Assembly: GCF_964213995.1 (NCBI RefSeq)
Contig: NC_135832.1
Span: forward strand, 1,860,001-1,924,000
DNA from: Mustelus asterias
Taxonomy: Eukaryota
Reading direction: 5' to 3'
DNA length: 64,000 nucleotides
Shown here: piece after piece, positions 1 to 11,117 of the stretch
Position numbering within the stretch: the stretch's first letter is position 1
Layout of the letters: each line of letters opens with the position of its first letter
Program-made: the position numbers and the translations under genes
Notes under the pieces: generated by a model
The model's input: only the letters and a program-made list of their open reading frames with translations
Databases searched by the model: none
Told to the model about the DNA's origin: nothing

Positions 1-65
1 ATTGTGAAAATAAACCTGCGTTTTGATCAACTAATAGTGTCAGAGGTTTTTTTTCCTACAACAAG

Positions 66-823
66 TGTGAATTCTGTTCACAAACAGGGCATATAAAGAC
101 ACAAACTCAATTTACCAAATAATGATTGGAATGCGAGTCTTTAAAAGTAATCAAGTCTTAAATGTGAAGGCAATGTGAGTGGAGAGAGGGTTAAGCACAG
201 GTTAAAGAGATGTGTATTGTCTCCAACAAGGACAGTTAGTGAGATTTTGCAAGTCCAGATAATGTGACATGAACCCAAGATCCCGGTTGATGCCGTCCTA
301 ATGTGTGCGGAACTTGGCTATCAGTCTCTGCTCAGCGATTCTGTGCTGTCGTGTGTCGTGAAGGCCGCCTTGGAGAACGCTTACCCGAAGATCAGAGGCC
401 GCATGCCCGTGACCGCTGAAGTGTTCCTCAACAGCAAGAGAACACTCTTGCCTGGTGATTGTCGAGCAGTGGTTCATTCATCCGTTTTCGTAGCGTCTGC
501 ATGGTCTCCCCAATGTACCATGCCTCGGGACATGCTTTCCTGCAGCGTATAAGGTAGACAACGTTGGCCGAGTTGCAAGAGTATGTACCGTGTACCTGGT
601 GGATGGTGTTCTCACGTGAGATGATGGCATCCTTGTCGATGATCCGGCACGTCTTGCAGAGCTTGCTGTGGCAGGGTTGTGTGGTGTCGTGGTCACTGTT
701 CTCCTGAAGGCTGGGTAGTTTGCTGCAGGCAATGGTCTGTTTGAGGTTTTGCGGTTGTTTGAAGGCAAGAAGTGGGGGGTTTGGGGATGGCCTTGGCGAG
801 ACGTTCGGCTTCATCAATGACAT
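66..823 (-). mobile_element. Penelope-like retroelement, 3' part (GIY-YIG endonuclease region plus partial pLTR), interrupted by the CR1 insertion
   Basis: ORF 428-874 has PLLAFKQP..PC..CKTC..GTYSCNSANVVYLIRCRKACPEAWYIGETMQTLRKRMN (PLE Cys linker plus GIY-YIG-like VVY..YIG); homologous to 42898-43671. Confidence 0.9.
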
Positions 824-904
824 AGAACATAGAACATAGAAAGCCACAGCACAAACAGGCCCTTCGGCCCACAAGTTGCGCTGATCATATCCCTACCTCT
901 AGGC

Positions 905-3817
905 CTATCTATAGCCCTCAATCCCATTAAATCCCATGTACTCATCCAGAAGTCTCTTAAAAGACCCCAACGAGTTTGCCTCCACCACCACCGACGTCAG
1001 CCGATTCCACTCACCCACCACCCTCTGAGTGAAACACTTACCCCTGACATCTCCTCTGTACCTACCCCCCAGCACCTTAAACCTGTGTCCTCTCGTAGCA
1101 ACCATTTCAGCCCTTGGAAATAGCCTCTGAGAGTCTACCCTATCCAGACCTCTCAACATCTTGTAAACCTCTATCAGGTCACCTCTCATCCTTCGTCTCT
1201 CCAGGGAGAAGAGACCAAGCTCCCTCAACCTATCCTCATAAGGCATGCCCCCCAATCCAGGCAACATCCTTGTAAATCTCCTCTGCACCCTTTCAATGGC
1301 TTCAACATCTTTCCTGTAATGAGGTGACCAGAACTGCGCGCAGTACTCCAAGTGGGGTCTAACCAGGGTCCTATAAAGCTGCAGCATTATCTCCGGACTC
1401 CTAAACTCAATCCTTCGATTAATGAAGGCTAGTACGCCGTACGCCTTCTTGACCGCATCCTCCACCTGCGAGGCCGATTTAAGAGTCCTATGGACCCGGA
1501 CCCCAAGGTCCTTCTGATCCTCTACACTGCTAAGAATGGTACCCTTCATATTATACTGCTGCTTCATCCCATTGGATCTGCCAAAATGGATCACTACACA
1601 CTTATCCGGGTTGAAGTCCATCTGCCACTTCTCCGCCCAGTCTTGCATTCTATCTATGTCTCGCTGCAACTTCTGACATCCCTCCAAACTATCCACAACA
1701 CCACCTACCTTGGTGTCGTCAGCAAACTTACCAACCCATCCCTCCACTTCCTCATCCAGGTCATTTATGAAAATGACAAACCGCAAGGGTCCCAGAACAG
1801 ATCCCTGGGGCACTCCACTGGTCACTGACCTCCATGCAGAGAAAGACCCCTCCACAGCCACTCTCTGCCTTCTGCAGGCAAGCCAGTTCTGGATCCACAA
1901 GGCAACAGCCCCTTGGATCCCATGCCCTCTCACTTTCTGAAGAAGTCTTGCATGGGGGACCTTATCAAACGCCTTGCTGAAGTCCATATAGACCACATCC
2001 ACCGCTCTTCCTTCGTCAATGTGTTTGGTCACATTTTCAAAGAACTCAACCAGGCTCGTAAGGCACGACCTGCCCTTGACAAAGCCGTGCTGACTACTTT
2101 TGATCATACTAAACTTCTCTAGATGATCATAAATCCTGTCTCTCAGGATCCTCTCCATCAACTTACCAACCACTGAGGTTAGACTCAGCGGTCGGTAATT
2201 TCCCGGGCTGTCCCTGTTCCCTTTCTTGAACATAGGGACCACATCTGCAATCCTCCAATCCTCCGGAACCTCTCCCGTCTCCATCGACGATGCAAAGATC
2301 ATCGCCAAAGGCTCCGCAATCTCCTCCCTCGCCTCCCACAGTAACCTGGGGTACATCCCATCCGGTCCCGGCGACTTACCAAGCTTGATGCCATTCAATA
2401 GTTCCAAGACATCCTCTTTCTTTATGTCCACATGCTCGATCCTTTCTGTCCACCGCAAACCAGCAGTACAACCACCCAGATCCCTTTCCACCGTGAATAC
2501 CGAGGTAAAGTATTCATTAAGCACCTCCGCCATTTCTAACGGTTCCGCACAAACTTTTCCCCCTTCACCTTTTAAGGGTCCTATGCCTTCACATCTCATC
2601 CTTTTACTCTTGACATATTTGTAGAAAGCCTTGGGATTCTCCTTAATCTTACCCGCCAAGGTCTTCTCATGACCCCTTCTCGCTCTCCTAATTTCCTTCT
2701 TAAGCTCCTTCCTACATCCCGTATACTCCTCTAAATCCTTAACACCTCCTAGCTCTCTGAACCTTCTGTACGCCTCTCTTTTCTTATTCACCAGGTTCAT
2801 CACAACCTTCGTGCACCACGGTTCCCGTACCCTACCAACACCCCCCTGTCTCATCGGAACGTTGTCATGCAGAGCTCCAGACAAACATTCCTTGAAAATC
2901 CTCCACTTTCCTTCGGTACTTTTCCCCAAGAATGCCTCCTTCCAATTTACCCGTCTAATTTCCTCCCTGATGACACTGTATTTCCCTTTACTCCAGAGAA
3001 ACACTTTCCGAGCCTGCCTGATCCTATCTCTTTCCAATGCTATCGTGAAGGAGATAGAATTATGATCGCTATCCCCAAGATGCTCACCCACCGAGAGATC
3101 CTCCACCTGTCCAGGTTCATTAGCCAGCACCAGATCAAGTACAGCCTCTCCTCTAGTAGGCTTATCCACATACTGTGTCAGGAAACTCTCCTGGACACAC
3201 CTAACAAACTCCTCTCCATCCAAACCCCTAGCCCTAGGGATATTCCAATTTATGTTTGGGAAATTAAAATCTCCCATCACGACAACTCTGTTATTCCTAC
3301 ATCTCTCCAGGATCTGTTTCCCCATCTGCTCCTCAACATCTCTGTTACTATTGGGCGGCCTATAGAAAACACCCAGCAAAGTTACCGACCCCTTCCTGTT
3401 CCTAACCTCCACCCACAGAGACTCCGTAGTCAATCCCTCCACGGCGTCCACCTTCTCTACAGCCGTGACTCTATCCCTGATCAACAGTGCCACTCCCCCC
3501 CCTCTCTTGCCTCCCTCCCTGTCCTTCCTGAAACATCTAAAACCCGGCACCTGAAGCACCCAGTCCTCTCCCTGAGACATCCAAGTCTCCGTAATGGCCA
3601 CCACATCACAATTCGAAGCAGCAATCCACGCTCTAAGCTCATCCACTTTATTCACTACACTCCTGGCATTAAAATAGACACATCTCAGACCTTCAGCCTG
3701 AGCACTTCCCTTCTCCATCACTCGTCTAACCTCCCTCTTACCCTGTCTACATTCCTTATCTATTTGCGAGCTAACCTCCTCGCTCTCAGTCCCCTCATTT
3801 AGATTCCCTCCCCCCAA
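905..3817 (-). CDS. CR1 ORF2: APE endonuclease plus reverse transcriptase (970 aa, open)
   Basis: NARS, ITETW, GDFN and SDH endonuclease motifs; NYRPLSL, QHGF, DFSKAFD, GVPQGS and FADD RT motifs. Confidence 0.95.
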   Translation of the reverse strand: MGGGNLNEGTESEEVSSQIDKECRQGKREVRRVMEKGSAQAEGLRCVYFNARSVVNKVDELRAWIAASNCDVVAITETWMSQGEDWVLQVPGFRCFRKDREGGKRGGGVALLIRDRVTAVEKVDAVEGLTTESLWVEVRNRKGSVTLLGVFYRPPNSNRDVEEQMGKQILERCRNNRVVVMGDFNFPNINWNIPRARGLDGEEFVRCVQESFLTQYVDKPTRGEAVLDLVLANEPGQVEDLSVGEHLGDSDHNSISFTIALERDRIRQARKVFLWSKGKYSVIREEIRRVNWKEAFLGKSTEGKWRIFKECLSGALHDNVPMRQGGVGRVREPWCTKVVMNLVNKKREAYRRFRELGGVKDLEEYTGCRKELKKEIRRARRGHEKTLAGKIKENPKAFYKYVKSKRMRCEGIGPLKGEGGKVCAEPLEMAEVLNEYFTSVFTVERDLGGCTAGLRWTERIEHVDIKKEDVLELLNGIKLGKSPGPDGMYPRLLWEAREEIAEPLAMIFASSMETGEVPEDWRIADVVPMFKKGNRDSPGNYRPLSLTSVVGKLMERILRDRIYDHLEKFSMIKSSQHGFVKGRSCLTSLVEFFENVTKHIDEGRAVDVVYMDFSKAFDKVPHARLLQKVRGHGIQGAVALWIQNWLACRRQRVAVEGSFSAWRSVTSGVPQGSVLGPLRFVIFINDLDEEVEGWVGKFADDTKVGGVVDSLEGCQKLQRDIDRMQDWAEKWQMDFNPDKCVVIHFGRSNGMKQQYNMKGTILSSVEDQKDLGVRVHRTLKSASQVEDAVKKAYGVLAFINRRIEFRSPEIMLQLYRTLVRPHLEYCAQFWSPHYRKDVEAIERVQRRFTRMLPGLGGMPYEDRLRELGLFSLERRRMRGDLIEVYKMLRGLDRVDSQRLFPRAEMVATRGHRFKVLGGRYRGDVRGKCFTQRVVGEWNRLTSVVVEANSLGSFKRLLDEYMGFNGIEGYR

Positions 3818-3822
3818 CCTTT

Positions 3823-4740
3823 CTAGTTTAAAGTCTCTCCAGTAGCCTTAGCCAACCTTCCCGCCAGGATATTGGTCCCCCTGGGATTCAAGTGCCACCC
3901 GTCTTTTTTAAACAGGTCACACCTGCCCCTAAAGAGGTCCCAATGATCCAAGTACCCAAATCCTTGTCCCTTGCTCCAGTCCCTCAGCCACGCATTCATT
4001 CTCCACCGATTCCTGTTCTCACTCTCCCGCGGCACAGGCAGCAATCCCGAGATTACTACCTTTGCATTCCTCTTCCTCAGCTGTCTACCTAACTCCCTAT
4101 ATTCTCTTTTCATGACCCCTTCCCTCTTCCTACCTATGTCAGCAGTACCTATATGCATCACGACCTTCGGCTCCTCTCCCTCCCCCTTCAGGATTTCTGG
4201 GACTCGACCAGAGACATCCCGGACCCCTGCACCAGGGAGGCAAACCACCATCCGAGAGTCCCGTCTGTGTCCGCAAAAACGCCTATCTGACCCCCTCACC
4301 GTAGAGTCCCCAATTAGCACTACCCTCCTTTCCTCACCCTTTTGCACTACTGGGCCAGGCTCAGCTCCAGAGACACTACCACCGCTGCTTCCCCCAGGTG
4401 GGCTGTCCTCCCCAGTAGTACTCAGACAGGAGTACTTATTATTAAGGGGCACATCCACCGGGGTGCTCACCATCAACCGAGCTTTCTCCTTCCTCACTGT
4501 TACCCAGTTACCCTCCTCCCGTGGTCCCGGTGTGACCACCTGCCGATAGCTCCTGTCAATGACCTCCTCACTATCCCTAACCCGGCGAAGGTCCTCGAGC
4601 TGCAATTCCAGTTCCCTAACATGGTCCCTTAGGAACCGCAGCTCAACACACCCAGCACAGATATGGTCGTCCGGGAGGCTAGGAGCCTCCAGGACCTCCC
4701 ACATCCTACATTGGGAACAACATACTGGCCTCACACTCAT
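3823..4740 (-). CDS. CR1 ORF1: zinc finger/leucine zipper plus SGNH (GDSL-like) esterase, about 305 aa from the ATG at 4740
   Basis: CSQC..CAGC, heptad LRFLRDHVRELELQLEDL, IGDS, LPGA, HIGTAD, DGWHLN. Confidence 0.9.
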   Translation of the reverse strand: MSVRPVCCSQCRMWEVLEAPSLPDDHICAGCVELRFLRDHVRELELQLEDLRRVRDSEEVIDRSYRQVVTPGPREEGNWVTVRKEKARLMVSTPVDVPLNNKYSCLSTTGEDSPPGGSSGGSVSGAEPGPVVQKGEERRVVLIGDSTVRGSDRRFCGHRRDSRMVVCLPGAGVRDVSGRVPEILKGEGEEPKVVMHIGTADIGRKREGVMKREYRELGRQLRKRNAKVVISGLLPVPRESENRNRWRMNAWLRDWSKGQGFGYLDHWDLFRGRCDLFKKDGWHLNPRGTNILAGRLAKATGETLN

Positions 4741-5092
4741 AATTGCCCTTTTAAACACACAGGGAAAAAAAAAAGTGAATGAAAATTTTAAACTTACCTT
4801 TCCTCCTCCTGTTTTCTCCAAAGCCCTGCTCTCACTGGGTCTTTTTTTTTAGGTCAGAGGAGGAGGGAGGGTGGGATACTCTACAAGTGTAGAGGATCGG
4901 GATTCCTCTCTGTTCCAATTTATTGGGGGAAAAAAATCTCTCTCTCCCAGACCTCCCTGCGCGACCACTTCCGGGTTTAGATATTTAAAAAAAAACCCGC
5001 GAAAAAGTAAGTTAAAAAATAAAAGCGCTTACCCGCAGCACTCCTCTCGCGAATCTCTCCCTCTCTGCTGTACTTCCAAGAAGCAATGAGAA

Positions 5093-5170
5093 GACATGTT
5101 GAAGGCTCTGGAGTAGATGTCGCAACTCCTCCGCTCCGGGGAAGTACTGGACGATGAAGCGTTCTCTGTA
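5093..5170 (-). mobile_element. Penelope-like element, continuation upstream of the CR1 insertion
   Basis: Reads RFIVQYFPGAEELRHLLQSLQHV and joins IDEAERLAKAIP at 820 once the CR1 is removed. Confidence 0.85.
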
Positions 5171-6078
5171 CCTGCACACAAAAAGCTGGATAAACCCAAG
5201 CCGGCCAATTACCGCCCAATCAGTTTACTCTTGATCGTCAGTAAAGTGATGGAAGGAGTCCTCAGCAGTGCTATCAAGCAGCACCAGGTCAGCAATAATC
5301 TGCGCAGTTACGCCCAATTTGACTTTCGCCATGTTCTCTCAGCTCCTGTCCTCATTACATCCTTGGTTTCAACATGGAGAAAGGAACTGAATTCCAGAGG
5401 TGAGGTGAGAGTGACAGCCCTTGATATCAAGCCCGCATTCGAGTGTTGTGGCATCAAGGAATCCTAGCGAAACTGGAATCAATGGGTATCAGGGGGCAAA
5501 CTTTCCACAGGTTGGAATCATACCTGGCACATAGGAATATGGTCGTTATTGTGGAGGGTCAGTCATCCCAGGTCCACGACATCTCTGTAGGAGTCCCTCA
5601 GGGTAGTGCCCTCGGCCCATCAATCTTCAGCTACTTCATCAATGACCTTCCATAAGGTCAGAAGTGGGGATGTTCGCCGATGATTACACAATGTGCAGCA
5701 CGATTCGCAACTCGTCAGATACTGATGCAGTCCATGTTCAGATGCAAATATATCTCGACAATATGCAGGCTCGGACTGAGAAGTGGTTGTAGCATTCGCA
5801 GCACTCAAATACCAGGCAATGACCATCACCATTAAGAGACACTCTCTCACAATTTCTCCCATGATCAACATCCTTGGGGTTGTCATTGACCAGATACTCA
5901 ACTGGACGCACCAAATAAACATAGTGGCTACAAGTGCAGGTCAGAGTGCAGGAATACTGAGGCGAGTAACACACCTCCTGACTCCCCAGCGCCAATCCAC
6001 CATCTACAAGGCACAAGTCAGGAGTGTGATGCAATTCTCTCCATTTGCCGGGAAGGGTGCAGATCCAACAACACTCAA

Positions 6079-7397
6079 AATTTATAGGATTTATAATCAC
6101 CTAGAAAGGAATAATTTGATTAGGGATAGTCAGCACGGTTTTGTGAAGGGTAGGTCGTGCCTCATAAACCGTATTGAGTTCTTTGAGAAGGTGACCAAAG
6201 AGGTGGATGAGGGTAAAGTGGTTGATGTGGTGCACATGGATTTCAGCAAAGCGTTTGATAAGGTTCCCCATGGTAAGCTGTTGCAGAAAATACGGACACA
6301 TGGGATTGAGGGTGATTTAGTGGTTTGGATCCGGAATTGGCCAGCTGGAAGAAAACAAAGGGTGGTGGTTGATGGGAAATATTCATCCTGGAGTTCAGTT
6401 ACTAGTGGTGTACCGCAAGGATCTGTTTTGGGGCCACTGCCGTTTGTCATTTATATTAATGACATGGATGAGGGCGTGGAAGGATGGATTAGTAAATTTG
6501 CGGATGACACTAAAGTCGGTGGAGTTGTAGACAGTGCGGAGGGAGGTGGCAGGTTACAGAGGGACATAGGTAAGCTGCAGAGCTGGGCTGAGAGGTGACA
6601 AATGGAGTTCAATGCGGAAAAGTGTGAGGTGATTCACTTTGGAAGGAGTAACAGGAATACAGAGTACTGGGCTAATGGTAAGATACTTGGTAGTGTGGAT
6701 GAACAGAAGGATCTGCGTGTCCATATGCATAGATCCCTGAAAGTTGGCACCCAGGTTGACAGGGTTGTTAAGAAGGCGTACGGTGTGTTAGCTTTTATTG
6801 GTAGAGGGATTGAATTTCGGAGCCACGAGGTCATGCTGCAACTGTACAAAACTATCGTGCGGCCGCACTTGAAGTATTGTGTACAGTTCTGGTCGCCGTA
6901 TTATAGGAAAGATGTGGCAGTGTTGGAAAGGGTGCATAGGACATTTACCAGGATGTTGCCTGGTATGGTGGGAAAATCGTATGAGGAAAGGCTGAGGGTC
7001 TTGAGGTTGTTTTCGTTAGAGAGAAGGTTAAGAGGTGACTTAATAGAGGCATACAAGATGATCAGAGGATTAGATAAGGTGGATAGTGGGAGCCTTTTTC
7101 CTCGGATGTTGTTGGCTAGCACGAGGGGACATAGCTTTAAATTGAGGGGTGACAGATATAGTACAGATGTTAGAGGTAGGTTCTTTACACAGAGAGTAGT
7201 AAGGGCGTGGAATGCCCTGCCTGCAGCAGTAGTGGACTCGTCAACATTAAGAGCATTAAAATGGTTATTGGATAAACATATGGATGATATTGGAATAGTG
7301 TAGATTAGATGGGCTTTAGATTGGTTTCACTGTTTGGCCCAACATCGAGGGCCGAAGGGCCTGTACTGCGCTGTAATGTTATAGGTTCTATGTTCTA
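6079..7397 (+). mobile_element. 5'-truncated CR1 LINE
   Basis: RT motifs QHGF, DFSKAFD and FADD with an internal stop; TTCTATG tail. Confidence 0.92.
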
Positions 7398-7756
7398 GAA
7401 GCTTGACATCATGCAGGACTAAGCAGCCTGCTTGATTGGAACCACATCTACAAACGCTCAATCCCTCCACCACCGGTGCTCATCAGCAGCACTGTGTACG
7501 ATCTGTATGATGCACTGCAGCAACACACCAACGATCCTCGGAGAGCAGCTTCCAAACCCACGACGGCTTCCATCTAGAAGGACAGCAGATACATGAGAGC
7601 ACCACAACCTGCAAATTCTCCTCCAAGCCACTCACCGTCCTAACCTGGAAATATATCGCCATTCCTTCATAGTCGCTGTGTCGAAATCCTGGAATTCCAT
7701 CCCTAATGGCATTGTGGGTCAAGCTACAGAACATGGACTGCAGCGATTCAAGAAGG

Positions 7757-7985
7757 AGTTTAACAACACCAGTTTAAAGTCCGACAGGTTTATTTGGTAG
7801 CAAAAGCCACACAAGCTTTCGGAGCTCCAAGCCCCTTCTTCAGCTAAGGGCTCACCTGAAGAAGGGGCTTGGAGCTCCGAAAGCTTGTGTGGCTTATGCT
7901 ACCAAATAAACCTGTTGGACTTTAACCTGGTGTTGTTAAACGTCTTGCTGTATTTACCCCAGTCCAACGCCAGCATCTCCACATC
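7757..7985 (+). mobile_element. Short Penelope pLTR-derived insertion with inverted-repeat structure and 14-bp TSD
   Basis: TSD GCGATTCAAGAAGG at 7743-7756 and 7986-7999; inverted arms 7758-7843 and 7856-7941; matches the pLTR end at 42898-43025. Confidence 0.88.
7853..7889 (+). ncRNA. Minimal type I hammerhead ribozyme motif (Penelope-associated)
   Basis: cac CUGAAGA a ggggc-uugga-gcucc GAAA GCUU gug: core boxes, stem II, palindromic AAGCUU stem III, cac/gug stem I. Confidence 0.75.
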
Positions 7986-9579
7986 GCGATTCAAGAAGGC
8001 AGCTCACCACCACCTTCTCAAGGGCAGCTCGGAACGAGCAATAAATGCTGGCCAGCCAGCCACGCTCATGTCCCACGAATCAATAAAAAACGATATTTGA
8101 TGCACACTTAACATTGTGCTCTCTGACGAGTCGAAAGATATTGCGACATACCATATTGTTGTCTTGCCACAGAACCAATTTCACATTGGTTAACATTGGC
8201 GGCATACAGTGACAAATAGCGAGGAAGAGGATATTCAGTCCATCACGTCTGTTCTCAGTTACAAGCATATAGAGGCTGAGCTATATTTCCACTTCATCTA
8301 TCCCACATGGTTCTTGAAAAAATTCTCAACTCCACTCCCACAAAAACAATCACTCAATCTGAATTTCGACATTTCGACTTCCAACATCAATGGATTTCAA
8401 CAGAAAGAATGCCATTTTTGTTTGTTGCCTTGCCTTTATTATTATGCTAAATATGTAGACCACAAAAAGTGAAGTTCTCAAGAAGTTTAATATTGAGACA
8501 TCCATCCTGGCTTCTGCTTGATGAACACATCAGTCATTTTAAAGGAAGTTTTATTTCCTTGGTTTTTCAAGGCGTTGGTGCCGAGCCTTCAATGCGAAAT
8601 GATCACAGGTGGTTTTGTTTTCACTGGGTTTTAATACCTCCAACGAGCCAATATCTGAACAAATAAATGACATCTTCTCATTCCCAATTGGAAAGGGAAA
8701 TGCTTTCGACTTGATTATCAAAGCACTGAGTGAGCCTTAATATGGGAGATGCTCGGGTGCAGGATCACAAAGCCCGATGTAAGTTATACAAACATGCGAG
8801 CCGCTAACAGTTTTTCTGTTTGGATACAAATGTGAGGTGCATTTCCACTGGCAAATGTGGTCTTTTATCAGAACAAGATGGAGCCATAAAACAGTTTAAG
8901 TACGAATATAAAACGATGAGGCAATTAAACTCTTAATAGATGAACAATATTTATACCTGAAAATAAACTCTAATCTACATCAGTTCGAAAGAAGGAACAT
9001 TCATTTTACACTTAATTCCCACTGGATATCTAGTTAGCACTCACCAATATATTTGCAATGCTGAATATTGACAGACTTGGAGTTTTCAAAGAAACAAGGA
9101 ACTTTCTGAAGCCGACACATTTATTCTAACTTCAACCAGAACTGCCAAACCTGACTTTTCTTTTCCAAAAGCCTGTTTTCCCACTGCACATGAATCCAGG
9201 ACTTCAAATGAAACTCAAAATCAGATGGCCCTGTCAGTCAAACTGGTCTGAAACTCCCGGGGAACTGACGTGAACAAGTGTCAATTTATTCTACTTCACA
9301 GAACCATAAATTGAATTGAGTAGTTATTCTGCTCTTCCAGCATCTGAGCAACATTTCTGCTGGAGAATTAAACTGAACTTTGAAAGTTTCCTGAAACATG
9401 AACATCCAGACTGTGTGTGCAGATGTCCGGGCGCACACATCAACACCTGCACACGCACGCACACACACATACGCATACACTTACACACACACACGCATGC
9501 ACCAAGTTCACAATTTCATCACAGAAGTGAGAAACTTAAACTACACGGGATTTTAATTTTCAGCATCAGAACTCCCCAG

Positions 9580-9930
9580 ATAAGGTGAAGCCTGATATCG
9601 AACACGAAGTAATTGAAAAGGGAGTTGTTCTCAAAAATCCGACCAAAATCATTGCACAACTTAAACATATTGACATGTTGCCAACCTACCTTGGCCCTGT
9701 GAGTTTTGAAATGAGTCAGCATGGCTATAATATATCAAACGCTCTCCGATCTGGACCAGGTCACTTGAATGAAGGGGTAAAAAAATCTGGATTAGTCGGC
9801 CTTCGAATCAGTGCTGGCAAAGATAAATGGATGTCAGACTATTCTGGATTATATGTTTTGTGGAAAATTACTTTAAAAAAATCTACAACATTTCAGAGAG
9901 GAACAGGGTTCAATCCTAGTGACGCAGGGT
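9580..9930 (+). pseudogene. Degenerate Ig V-set exon relic with J-like end
   Basis: Across frameshifts: VVLKNPTKIIAQ, ILTC, SAW, LRIS..DYSGLY(F)C, TFQRGT, ILVT; cag before and gt after. Confidence 0.45.
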
Positions 9931-10149
9931 GATGTGTATCATTGAATCCTTATCAGTGCAATGATAACTTCACGTTTCGGAGAAATCAGAAACAAAAATC
10001 TGTGGAATACTGGAACTTTCCCACAATAAACTGCATCTGTAGTTTAATAACTGTCATTCAAAGTTGAAGGTTTTAGCACTGATATAATTCGCCATAGATA
10101 AGTTTGTTCTTGTCAACCTGTAATTTAAATTTCCCTCTCAATCTCATTG

Positions 10150-11107
10150 TGCATTTAATGTAATAAATAGAGCAGAAGAAAATTGATATGTGATCGGATT
10201 CAGTTCAGGTGACGAAAATGCAATCCTGAAACTGAAATTGTAGAATCATTACATGGGAATATTATTTCGACCTGGTTGACTGTGTCAGTGCCACCTTTCC
10301 GACGCCCCTGCAATTAGAACATTATGAATGAGGAGTGAAGAGTTCTCAATGCTGGGGAAAAAAATGTAGCGATGAACTGCGAATTAAGCGACTTATTTTC
10401 TGCGATCCATGGTCCGATTGCAATGCGATTTCCACCGATAATTCCCTTGGGGGATACAAACTTTGAGTTTGGCCCCGGGTCTGAAAAATGGAGCAAACAT
10501 GCAAATTTTCCGAAGATTGCTTTTAAAATAGCGCCCTGCAACCGTCAGGAGAAGCTATCGACAAACCGACACTCCACACTCTGATTGTTGCATGTTTCCA
10601 GGCCAGTGATTCTGGCATCTATTACTGTTAAACCGAGGACCTCAGGACCTTGATTCATCACCGGAGAAAATGGCGATTACTTGACCCATTGCCTCCAATT
10701 CAACAAGGTCCAAAGGTGATTGGAGAAAAACGACACATCCAGCCAATAATCTACCTCTTAACTCCGCCGCCCTTTGTCATTGCCTGGATAGTTGCAGTGC
10801 CTGGTGAGGAGCTTTGGCACCAATTCATATCCTGTCCTCTCGAATGTTACTCCAGTTCGATATCGAGGAACAGCCGGTTCATTTATTCAGTTTCCTTTTC
10901 ATTATTTCTTTATGCATTGCGACCCCCGAACCGCCCCCCCCCCCCGCCCCCCCAATCTTCCCCGGCGACCCCCCCCCCACTTTCATTGTGCCCAAACTCA
11001 CTTCTTCTTCCCAATGCTATACACTCTCTTATGGCTCTGGAACTTACGTTGAAAACTAACTACAATCCATTGAATTAAGATGGCATCATCGGAAATTTCC
11101 AGAATCA
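10150..11107 (+). pseudogene. Degenerate IgSF relic, tandem unit 1 (V- and C1-like motifs)
   Basis: VRLQC, LIVACFQASDSGIYYC (10608-10628), IIYLLTPP, LQCLVRSFGTNSYPVL, SQCYTLSYGSGTYV; stops and frameshifts. Confidence 0.6.
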
Positions 11108-11117
11108 TAGAATGGCA

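Larger units (their letters stand above)
824..5092 (-). mobile_element. Full-length CR1 LINE (5'UTR, ORF1, ORF2, 3'UTR, (TTCTATG)n tail)
   Basis: Two consecutive open ORFs, heptamer tail at about 821-841, flanked by GACAT at 819-823 and 5093-5097 within a Penelope ORF. Confidence 0.95.
5171..8090 (+). mobile_element. Degenerate L2-like LINE (RT region to 3' end), interrupted by a CR1 (6079-7397) and a pLTR insert (7757-7985)
   Basis: NYRPISLL, QFDFR, ALDIKPAF, GVPQGSALGP, FADD; sequence resumes at 7398; A-rich end near 8090. Confidence 0.8.

Noticed and set aside
2867-3802. 311-aa plus-strand ORF and other long antisense ORFs in LINEs
   Set aside because: Shadow frames of CR1 ORF1/ORF2 with no domain motifs
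4741-4821. N-terminal 27 aa of the predicted 332-aa ORF1
   Set aside because: Non-ATG start in low-complexity UTR; the ATG at 4740 directly precedes the zinc finger
5783-6598. 271-aa ORF as a novel RT gene
   Set aside because: Chance in-frame fusion of an L2-like fragment and an inserted CR1
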